Both the position numbers and the translations under genes were made by a program. Positions 55,949 to 64,000 of a DNA stretch of 64,000 bases are shown one piece after another. Source of the stretch: an uncultured Gemmatimonadales bacterium (lineage in GTDB: Bacteria; Gemmatimonadota; Gemmatimonadetes; Gemmatimonadales; GWC2-71-9). Numbering within the stretch: position 1 is the stretch's first letter; the number at the start of each line of letters is the position of its first letter. Location: contig CAWHFW010000005.1 in NCBI GenBank assembly GCA_963828735.1, positions 2,336,001 to 2,400,000 on the forward strand. Direction: 5' to 3'. The notes under the pieces are model-generated. The model was not told where the DNA came from. It did not search any database and saw only the letters and a list, made by a program, of their open reading frames with translations.

Positions 55949-56389
55949 ATGCGCACAGTCCCTGTCAGGGTCGGTCTCACGCTGGCGCTGCTCGCCGCGA
56001 ATGGAATCCTCACCGGGTGCCAGGAGAGGACCGGGGCTCTCACGCCCTCAGAGCAGCAGCGCATCGATTCGGAAGGGCTGGTTCGACGGGCCGACGACCT
56101 CACCTTCCGGTACACCCATGACGCCGGCCGGCGCGATGCAGGCTGGGAAGACCGCAGGGCGTCCATCATCGTGACGAAGCAGAGCGTCATCATTCACAAG
56201 AATGAGAAGCTTGGGCTGGAGATCACGCCCCGCACGCGGCGTTTCGTGGAGGTCAGGCGAGACGGGGACCGCGTCCGAATACGGGCCGGCGGCGGCGGAT
56301 CGGCGGAGAGCTGGTCGTTCGTGCCGCCGAGCGATCCAGCGGGCTGGGCGGACGATATTCGGGCGGTTGTCAAACTGCGAGGGCAATGA
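55949..56389 (+). CDS. Hypothetical lipoprotein (alternative start 55886)
   Basis: GGAG RBS, signal ending ILTGC. Confidence 0.6.
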   Translation: MRTVPVRVGLTLALLAANGILTGCQERTGALTPSEQQRIDSEGLVRRADDLTFRYTHDAGRRDAGWEDRRASIIVTKQSVIIHKNEKLGLEITPRTRRFVEVRRDGDRVRIRAGGGGSAESWSFVPPSDPAGWADDIRAVVKLRGQ

Positions 56390-56490
56390 CTCGCTCAGAT
56401 GAAGGATCGTGAGTCAAGCGCAGTGGTTCGGCTCGTCTTCTCGCTAGCGTTCGGCTGGCTCGGATGAGCATGGCATCTTTCCGACGAACA

Positions 56491-56527
56491 AAGAGAAAGG
56501 GCGGCTCATTGAGCCGCCCTTTCTCTT
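56491..56527. terminator. Bidirectional intrinsic terminator
   Basis: 17-bp perfect inverted repeat AAGAGAAAGGGCGGCTC-ATT-GAGCCGCCCTTTCTCTT between convergent genes. Confidence 0.85.
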
Positions 56528-56544
56528 GCAGGTCGTCGCAATGC

Positions 56545-57877
56545 TCAAGGTGCCACTGGCTTGAGTCCGTTCGGCCCGGGGGTCGTCGGCAGTGTATCGC
56601 CCTGATGGAACGTCGTGCAGGGTGCCCGGGTTGCCGTTCTTCACGTTGACCAGCGGGGAAAGCACGCTCTGGCCGGCGGGAACAAGCGGGATATCGCCGT
56701 TCACAGATGACGTACCCGTCGTCCTGGCGATGATGGTGTAGCCGCCCGCCTTGTTCAGGTATGCAGTCGGAAATTGGGCTACGCCATCCGCATTGGTCCA
56801 TGCCCAGTTGTTGCAGATGTCGACCTTAACCCCCTGGTTCCCGATCGCCTCGAGCCAGACCAGCACGTCACCCTGAAGGAACGTCGTGCCCGCGCCGCTC
56901 AGAATCCGGTATGACCGGGGGCGGATTGAAGGCCACGCCCACCGTGTTCCCCGACTTCTTCCACGTGAAGCCTTGCGCCGCCAGGTTAACAACCTGGGGG
57001 CCGATGACCTTGAACGGGCTCACGGTGCGCTTCGAACCAGTGGTGCCCGTGGTTGCCAGGGACGCATAAGCCGGAGCCGGGCTGAGCATGCGGAACAAGC
57101 GCTCGCCGAACGTCCTTGGCGCCGCTTCGATCAGCGCCTCACGGGCCAGGGCAGTTGGGCGTGATGAATCCCAGGATCTCAGCCGTCGAGCCGGCCGGGT
57201 TGTGCTGGAGAAAACCATCTGCCGAGCAATTACTGATGAAGACACCCGGGGCATTGAAGGTGATGTGCGGTAGCGTCGACCAGTCGAAGACGCCGCTCAG
57301 GCCCGCGTCATGCGTGAACGACCCGTCGTCGGCCACCGGCACGCCGTACGCGAGGATGGTGTTCGTCCCCGTCGGAAAGATGTAGCCCCAAGTCTGCGAG
57401 GTCGGCGGCGCCAGTAGCCAGTCACCGTCATGTGAGGCGACGGGCGCGATATCGGCGCTGCTCCTCACGCCGAGGGCACCGTTGGCACCCAGAGCCACGT
57501 CAAACACGGTGGCGGCCGGTACCGAGGCACCTCCGATGTCCATGCACTTGAGCAGCGCCACCGTGAGTGCGGAGGCGTTGGACGTGCTGGTCTGCGGGGC
57601 GTCGTACTTGTCGCCCACCGCGGCCAGGATCTGGTAGCCAAAGCCCGTGGCAGAGGCCGTCCCGGCCCCGGCATTCTTCATGTTGGTGGCCAGTCCGGCC
57701 TCGAGCGCTGTTCGCGCCGAACTCGTTCTTCGTCAGCGTGGTGACGGTGCTGAAGTTGCAACCGCTGCCGCCCTGGGCGAGCTCGGGACCAGTGGCCGTA
57801 TCGGTCTGCCGTTCACTGCAGGCGGTTGCGAACAGGGCGAGGAGTACTGCGACAGCGCCTACGCGTGGGCCACCCAT
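56545..57877 (-). pseudogene. Large lipoprotein gene interrupted by about four +1 frameshifts (pseudogene or sequencing errors)
   Basis: AGGAG RBS, lipobox FATAC; protein-like reading passes through successive frames near 57704, 57150, 56915, 56620 and ends ...GLKPVAP*. Confidence 0.6.
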
Positions 57878-58057
57878 AAGGACGACTCCTGCGCCAAAAG
57901 TATGGCGAAAATGTGCTGGAGGCAGAGAACCGGGTGAGTATACGCTGCTAGGCGGGCAATTATCAACAAGAGACAAAACTGCGCCGCAGGGTCGGGGCAA
58001 CCGGGTTAACGGCCGCGCAGACCCATGCGAGAAATTGCACTTCGGGTCACGACCGGC

Positions 58058-60661
58058 TCATTGCTTCGACTTGAAGGTCGCAGCGAACCGCGGATCTTCG
58101 CGTAGGTCCTTGAGTTCCCAGCTATCGTCCTGGGACAAGGTGCCCAGTTGCTGCGGGTTGCTGGCCAGCCAGATGGAGATCTGTTTGAATGCGCCGTCCT
58201 TGTCGCCCAGGATGTCGAGGGCGACGGCCTCGATCTGTGCGAGATCGCGACTCGGATCCATCGATCCGTCCGCACGCGACCGTTCCGCCACGCGGCGGGC
58301 GCTGTCGGCAAGCCCGGCGCGCGCGAGGGCCACCGCCATCCGCATCTGCCCCTGCAGCTTGTTGAACGGGCGCAGGCTGGTCGGGCTGAGGCTGACGTAC
58401 TTGTCGAACGCAGCCCACGCCGCCGGCACGTCGGGCTTGGCGGCCTTGAGGCCGAAATACCAGATCTGACACTCCGCGAAGCGATAGTCGTCCGGGAATC
58501 GCCGCTGGCCCTCCTCGCACCACTTCTTCGCCTCGTTCGCGTCGTCGAGCTGGTAGGACGTCGAGAACAGCCGCCAGACCGTGACATTCGCATTCGTCAG
58601 ATACGGATCCGCCGTGTAGGCCCGCATGGCGGCCAGCTTCGCTTCACCGAGCGCCGGCTTGTTGATGAGCAGGTGGCTCAGCATGGTCCACGCGGAGGCC
58701 TGCGCCGGATTCTGTTCGACCGATGCACGAAGGTCCTTTTCGGCATCGGCAAACAGCTTCACACTTTCCGCAGGCGAGCCGCCGAGGTTGTTGAGCCATT
58801 TCCAGTAACGGAGCGTGCCCCGGACCTCCAGGGCGTCCGGATCGTCCGCCTTGAGAGACAGAGCGTGCTCGGCATACTTGATTCCGGCATCGAGGCTTGC
58901 GGCGTCGGCGGTTTCGGTGATGCGCGACTGCCGGAACACGAGCCAGGCGCGAAGCACCGTCGGCGCGGGCCAGGCGGGGTCCTTCGACTCCGCGCGCACG
59001 AGCATCGAGTCGGTCTTCTGGAACATGCGGAAGGCGCCGGCCGTATCGCCGGTCGCCGCCAGAGCGCCCGCGTCCCGAGCGCCGGCCTCGGCCCGCTGGT
59101 AAATGGTCCAGGCCTCGACGTCCCGGGTGGTTGCCCGGGTCTCGCGCACCTGCACCTCCTTGCCCAACTGCCGCCGAAGGAACTCCGACACCTGCTTGCT
59201 CATGTCGTCCTGCAGGGCGAAGAGCTCGCCCCGGGGCCGCTCGAGCGTGGTGCTGCCCAGCTCGCGGCCGGTCGCGGCCTGCACGAGCGAGACGTTGAGG
59301 CGCAGGCGGTCGCCTGATTCGCTCACGTCGCCATGCACCAACGTGCCGACGTTGAGGTCCTGGGCGATCTTCACGAGTGGTGTCGTGCCCTGTTTGTAGG
59401 GTCGGACACCGTTGCCGGAGATCACCTGCAGTCCTTCGACTCCGCTCAGCTCGCGGATCAAGGCTTCCGTGAGACCGTCAGCCAGAAAGCCGAGGGAATC
59501 CGATCCGCCCCGCTGCTCGAAATACAGCACCGCGATGTGGGTCGGATCGAGCGCCTCTCCCGCTTCCTGCCCACCCGTCGCCGCCGCGCCGCCGCGCTGG
59601 GTGAATTTCCATACGCCGAAGCCCGCCGCCGCCAGCAGCACGAGTCCGCCCGCGATCATGGACCAGAGCTTGACCTTGCTCCGCTCGGGTGGCGCCGCCT
59701 CGACCTCCGCCGTCTTCCGCCGCGGACCCGCCCCGGTCGTCCGCGCCGGCTGCGCCCCGCTGGCCGCCCGGCGCGCTGCCGTGGATGCCCGCCGCTGCGC
59801 GGTTCTGGCCACCGCCGCCTCGGCCTCCGCCTCCTCCAGCCGCTCGGCGAACTCCTTCATCGTCTGGAACCGGTCGGCCGGCGTCTTCTCCAGCGCCTGC
59901 ATGACCGCGTCCTCGACCTCGTCCGGGATCGACGCGCGGACGACCTGCAGGCTCGGCACCACTTCCATCGAGTGCCGGGCCATGATGGCCATGGAGTTCG
60001 GGCCGGTGAACGGCGGCTGGCCGATGAGCACCTCGTACAGCACGCACCCCAGGCTGTAGATGTCGCTCCGGGCGTCCACGTGCTCGCTACCGAGAGACTG
60101 CTCCGGGCTCATGTAATGGGGAGTGCCGACCGCCATGCCGGTCTGCGTCAGCTTCTCGCCGCCGGCCGAGCTCACGGCGCGCGCGATCCCGAAGTCGGCG
60201 ACGAGGGCGTGGCCGCCGAGCAGCAGGATGTTCTCGGGCTTGATGTCGCGGTGGACGATCCCGCGCTCGTGGGCGTACTGCAGTGCCTCCGCCGCCTCCC
60301 GGACGATGGAGAGCGCGTCATGGATCGGGAGCTGCTGCTCCTTGTTCAGCCGGTCCCGGAGCGATTCGCCCTCGATGAAGGGCATGACGTAGTACAGCAG
60401 CCCGCCGGCCGCCTCGCCCGAGTCGTACAGACCGAGAATGTTCGGGTGCTGAAGATTGGCGGCGACGCGGATTTCACGGAGGAAGCGGTCGCCGCCAAGG
60501 GAAATGGAGAGCTCGGGCCGGAGAACCTTGATGGCGACCGTGCGCTCGATCTTGAGGTCCTTCGCGCGGTAGACCGTCGCCATGCCGCCCTCGCCGACCT
60601 GTTTCTCCAGGTCGTAGCGATCCCCGAGAGCGGAGCGCAGGCGTTCGAGCACGTCGGTCAC
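58058..60661 (-). CDS. Membrane Ser/Thr kinase with TolB-like/TPR extracytoplasmic region
   Basis: GEGGMA, AIK, HRDIKPEN, DFG, GTPHYMSPE, TM, IAVLYF. Confidence 0.92.
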   Translation of the reverse strand: MTDVLERLRSALGDRYDLEKQVGEGGMATVYRAKDLKIERTVAIKVLRPELSISLGGDRFLREIRVAANLQHPNILGLYDSGEAAGGLLYYVMPFIEGESLRDRLNKEQQLPIHDALSIVREAAEALQYAHERGIVHRDIKPENILLLGGHALVADFGIARAVSSAGGEKLTQTGMAVGTPHYMSPEQSLGSEHVDARSDIYSLGCVLYEVLIGQPPFTGPNSMAIMARHSMEVVPSLQVVRASIPDEVEDAVMQALEKTPADRFQTMKEFAERLEEAEAEAAVARTAQRRASTAARRAASGAQPARTTGAGPRRKTAEVEAAPPERSKVKLWSMIAGGLVLLAAAGFGVWKFTQRGGAAATGGQEAGEALDPTHIAVLYFEQRGGSDSLGFLADGLTEALIRELSGVEGLQVISGNGVRPYKQGTTPLVKIAQDLNVGTLVHGDVSESGDRLRLNVSLVQAATGRELGSTTLERPRGELFALQDDMSKQVSEFLRRQLGKEVQVRETRATTRDVEAWTIYQRAEAGARDAGALAATGDTAGAFRMFQKTDSMLVRAESKDPAWPAPTVLRAWLVFRQSRITETADAASLDAGIKYAEHALSLKADDPDALEVRGTLRYWKWLNNLGGSPAESVKLFADAEKDLRASVEQNPAQASAWTMLSHLLINKPALGEAKLAAMRAYTADPYLTNANVTVWRLFSTSYQLDDANEAKKWCEEGQRRFPDDYRFAECQIWYFGLKAAKPDVPAAWAAFDKYVSLSPTSLRPFNKLQGQMRMAVALARAGLADSARRVAERSRADGSMDPSRDLAQIEAVALDILGDKDGAFKQISIWLASNPQQLGTLSQDDSWELKDLREDPRFAATFKSKQ

Positions 60662-60787
60662 CGGGGAGCCTTTGAGCAGGAATTACAGGGAATAATACGG
60701 GGGTCGAGGCGGGGAGCCAGCAGGCGTATCCTCCGGAATCTCGGGCAGCGCGGGCCCTGCGTGGCGGACCTCAGCGTCTGCGGAGGC

Positions 60788-61618
60788 TCATCCGACCGTC
60801 ACCGCGGCCAGCGCGTCGCGCATCGCCGCAGCGGTCTGCCACCGCTCCTCCGGCGTCTTGGTCAGGGCACGACCGATGCCGGTGGCCAGATCGGCGGGGA
60901 TCTCGGGGCGAAGGGTCCGGAGGTCGGGAGCCGGCTGGGTGAGGTGCAGCTGCAGCACGACCGCCTCGTTGCGGTGCACGAACGGCGGCTGACCCGCGAG
61001 GCACTCGAAGAGCACGCAGGCCAGCGAGTACAGGTCGCTGCGGAGGTCGATCTCCTGGAGCGCGGTGATCTGCTCCGGACTCATGTAGGTCGACGTGCCG
61101 ACCGCAATGCCTGATCGGGTAAGGCGTTCGCTGCCGGAGGCCCAGACCGCCCGAGCGATCCCGAAATCGAGCAGGACGGCGCCATGGGGAGAGATGACCA
61201 CGTTCTCCGGCTTCACGTCCCGATGGATGATCCCGTGACCGTGAGCGTGCTCCAGCGCGTCGAGCAGGTTGTCCGCGATGCGGAGGGTGTCCGGCACCGA
61301 GAGTCGTGACCGCTGGGAGAGGAACTCGCGAAGGGTAGCGCCCTCCACATAGGTCATCACGTAGTAGACGAGCCAGTCCCGTTCGCCCGAGTCCAGTAGA
61401 TGCGCGATGTGCGGGTGGTTCAGCTGGGAGGCGAGCTTGATCTCGCGGAGGAATCGGTCGGCCGCGACGCTGACCAAAAGCTCCGGGTGCAGGATCTTGA
61501 GCGCGACCGGCTCGCCGCCGGGCTCGCGAGCCAGGAAGATACGGGCGTTCCCGCCCTTCCCGATCTCGCGCTCGACGTCGTACCGACCCTCGAACGCCTG
61601 ACGGACCAGCGCCAGCAT
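60788..61618 (-). CDS. Stand-alone Ser/Thr kinase domain protein
   Basis: GKGG, ALK, HRDVKPEN, DFG, YMSPE. Confidence 0.9.
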   Translation of the reverse strand: MLALVRQAFEGRYDVEREIGKGGNARIFLAREPGGEPVALKILHPELLVSVAADRFLREIKLASQLNHPHIAHLLDSGERDWLVYYVMTYVEGATLREFLSQRSRLSVPDTLRIADNLLDALEHAHGHGIIHRDVKPENVVISPHGAVLLDFGIARAVWASGSERLTRSGIAVGTSTYMSPEQITALQEIDLRSDLYSLACVLFECLAGQPPFVHRNEAVVLQLHLTQPAPDLRTLRPEIPADLATGIGRALTKTPEERWQTAAAMRDALAAVTVG

Positions 61619-61947
61619 GTCGCGTCGAATGACTGGGCCCTTGCGGAGGACCCCCCAATGGTTACAGCAACATCCCTTGCGCGCAAGTCGTGGCGGCACA
61701 GGGGCCTGGGAGGCCGCGAGCGATCGGGCGATCCGTCGTCGGGCAGTCGGAGGTGCGCCGTCGCCGTGAGCGGGCCTGGAGCGGTGAACCGATAGGGACG
61801 CGAACGATAGCATGACAGAGGGAGAGGCGGCGTGGCTGATCCGGCTGAAGTGCTGGTGGGTAACTGCTCACCGAGCCCGCCTGAGATTTCACGCTTGGCT
61901 CACTGGGAAGCTTGGCAGGGTGCTACCCGCTCCCACCGTTCGTCGCC

Positions 61948-63999
61948 CTAGAGCATAATGTCGGTCCTCACCCGCTGTCGCACGCCCCACCACAGCGCGC
62001 CCCACAGGTTGGACCGGCGGAGCGTCACGCTCGCTTCGCCCGTCATGCCGGGCCGCCAGCGCCCGCCCCCGCGCAGTCCGAGGCGAGCTTCGACTGCCCC
62101 GGAGCTCGGCGCCGAGCTCTGGGCGACACCCCCGACCTTTCCGCTGAGCGTGCTCCCGTCGGCGTGGAAGACAAGGCGCGCCTGCTGGCCCGCCCGGACC
62201 TGGGTGGCGCCGGCACCTGCCAGTGCGATGCGAACCTCCAGGGAATCCGGCTGGCCCAGCTCGAGCAACCGTTCACCGAGACTGACCCAGCGGCCGGTGA
62301 GACGTTCGGGGCGCGAGGTGACCACGATTCCCGGAACGAGCGCCCGAACGGTCAACGCCCGCTGTTCCGCGGTCATGCCGCCCAGCCGAGCGGCTTCGGT
62401 CGCCCGCTCGGCCTCGATTCGCGCCGTTTCGTCGGCCCGGCTCGCGGCGCGGGCCTGCGCCTCGCGGGCCTCCAGCGAGTCGACCAGGCGTGCGGATTCG
62501 AGCGTCGCATGCTCGAGCTCGAGGTCGCGTACCTGCACGAGCGGCATGCCGGCCTCGACGCGCGTCCCCTCGCGCACGTACACGCCGGCCACGATGCCGC
62601 TGTCGGGCGCCGTGAGTGGCACCGACAGGGCCGGCATGACCGAGAACGCACCGGTCACCGTGATGGGCCGCGGGATGATCGTCCCCGCCACGAGCACGAG
62701 CGCGCCCGCGATGAGCAATCGGTCGCGCAAACGCCGTCCTGCCACCCTGGCCCGAAACTCCCGCCACGCGGCGAGACCGGTCTGCGCCGCGCTCCGGATC
62801 GCCGAGCGCGACATCAGCCAGACACCGAGCACGAACAGCGCGCCGCCCGCCAAGCCCAGCGCGCGATCGAGCCAGCCGTACACGCTGCCGGCCACCAGCA
62901 GCATGATCGAGGTGATGTACCATGTCGCGAGCAGGCTATAAATGAGGAAGATGCGCTGCTCGCGCTCGTCGGCCGGCGGCATGGGCACGTCGAGCCGGAG
63001 CACGCGCGCCTTGACCAGCCAGCCGAGGTGCGCGAAGGCGCGCTGCCTGAGATTGGGCACCTCGAGCCAGTCGCTCAGCGCGAAGTAGCCGTCCAGCGGG
63101 ATGAGCGGATTCGCGTTCATGACTACCGTCGTCACCCCGCCGATCAGGACCGCGCTCAGCGCGATGTGCGAGATTAGCGTTCCCGGCGTCGCGGCCCACC
63201 ACACGATGGCGGCGAGGCTCGCCGCCACGACCTGAATCCACGATCCGGCCGCCGTGACCCAGAGCCGCGCCTTGAGCTCGGGGAAGGTCCAGGCATCGTT
63301 GACGTTGCAGAAAAATGCCGGCTCGAAGTAGAGCAGCATGGCGCCGATCTCGTGCACCTGGCCGCCGAAGTACTTGCACGTGTAGCCGTGTCCCAGCTCG
63401 TGGATCACGATGACCACGACGGCGGTGAGCCAGAGGGTCAGGAACTCGCTTGCCGAATAGCTGAAGGTGTAGAGGCTGTGGAACGCGGCAGTGAGCTCGG
63501 GCCACTTGAGCGCGGCAACGATGAAGTAGATCGCGAAGAGAAAGACCGACGCGATCACGAAGCCTCGGGTGAACATCCAGCGGAGGTACGGGATGGTGCG
63601 GTCCATGAACTTGTCGGGGTCGCCCATGGACCAGCGGATCCGGAAGATGTCCGTCTGCCCGAGGCCCCCGCTCAGCCGCTGCCGCCGCTGCGCGCGAAGC
63701 CGCTCCATCATGAGGACGGAGCGCTCGCCCACGGTGCGCTCGAGCAGGCCCATCGACTTGAGCTTGGCGGCGAACTTGTCCACCGCCGCCGCCGACACGC
63801 CGATTCCGCCCGCGACCAGGTCCGCCGCCACCTCGGCCGCGCTCCGCTCGCCGTCGAACTGCTGCAGCACGCGCACCTCGACCGGCCGGAAGCGGAAATA
63901 CTTGCGCGACTTCGGATCCTTGACGATGAAGCTCTGCTCGCCGCGGTAGGTCTGCTCGACGACGGTGAGGTCGGGCCGGAGCTTGGGCGCGCCGCTCAC
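61948..63999 (-). CDS. Fusion of PqqD-like N domain, M50-like peptidase and HlyD/lipoyl-type adaptor
   Basis: HELGH, AAG, NPLIPLDG, TM helices, AP..G.V..V.V..G..V..G hairpin; start at window edge. Confidence 0.75.
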   Translation of the reverse strand: MSGAPKLRPDLTVVEQTYRGEQSFIVKDPKSRKYFRFRPVEVRVLQQFDGERSAAEVAADLVAGGIGVSAAAVDKFAAKLKSMGLLERTVGERSVLMMERLRAQRRQRLSGGLGQTDIFRIRWSMGDPDKFMDRTIPYLRWMFTRGFVIASVFLFAIYFIVAALKWPELTAAFHSLYTFSYSASEFLTLWLTAVVVIVIHELGHGYTCKYFGGQVHEIGAMLLYFEPAFFCNVNDAWTFPELKARLWVTAAGSWIQVVAASLAAIVWWAATPGTLISHIALSAVLIGGVTTVVMNANPLIPLDGYFALSDWLEVPNLRQRAFAHLGWLVKARVLRLDVPMPPADEREQRIFLIYSLLATWYITSIMLLVAGSVYGWLDRALGLAGGALFVLGVWLMSRSAIRSAAQTGLAAWREFRARVAGRRLRDRLLIAGALVLVAGTIIPRPITVTGAFSVMPALSVPLTAPDSGIVAGVYVREGTRVEAGMPLVQVRDLELEHATLESARLVDSLEAREAQARAASRADETARIEAERATEAARLGGMTAEQRALTVRALVPGIVVTSRPERLTGRWVSLGERLLELGQPDSLEVRIALAGAGATQVRAGQQARLVFHADGSTLSGKVGGVAQSSAPSSGAVEARLGLRGGGRWRPGMTGEASVTLRRSNLWGALWWGVRQRVRTDIML

Positions 64000-64000
64000 G

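Noticed and set aside
61825..61885. Hairpin-rich segment upstream of the soluble kinase
   Set aside because: No U-tract or known motif; explainable by GC content
1..64000. CRISPR arrays, tRNA/rRNA, IS or prophage genes
   Set aside because: No regularly spaced repeats, cloverleafs or transposase/integrase motifs seen by eye

Overview
High-GC bacterial chromosomal window. Gene content (many PAS kinases, TPR Ser/Thr kinases, caa3 oxidase) suggests Gemmatimonadota, which is an inference. From left to right: a stressosome operon (rsbR-S-T-X-like) feeding two histidine kinases; a ClC-CBS transporter; greA with an orphan groES-like gene; a highly structured ~0.7 kb intergenic region (greA leader terminator, 6S-like RNA candidate); a caa3-type cytochrome c oxidase operon (coxB frameshifted); fatty-acid genes including a chlamydial/plastid-type FabI; ybbAP/tesA; GntR with a PLP enzyme; osmC; an M16 peptidase; three PAS/GAF kinases with an Asp-less receiver; an mhqR/O/D-like module; an exported hydrolase cluster; a complete ArgR-controlled arginine operon; a multiply frameshifted lipoprotein gene; two Ser/Thr kinases; and an M50-peptidase/HlyD fusion. 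The best candidate for a new system is the arginine operon. It has no argA/argJ and instead carries a DUF1611-like P-loop protein between argG and argC. Its transcarbamylase has Val at position 92, the signature of the N-succinylornithine-specific type. Together these suggest an undescribed glutamate N-acylation (possibly N-succinylation) step. I saw no rRNA, tRNA, CRISPR array or mobile element.
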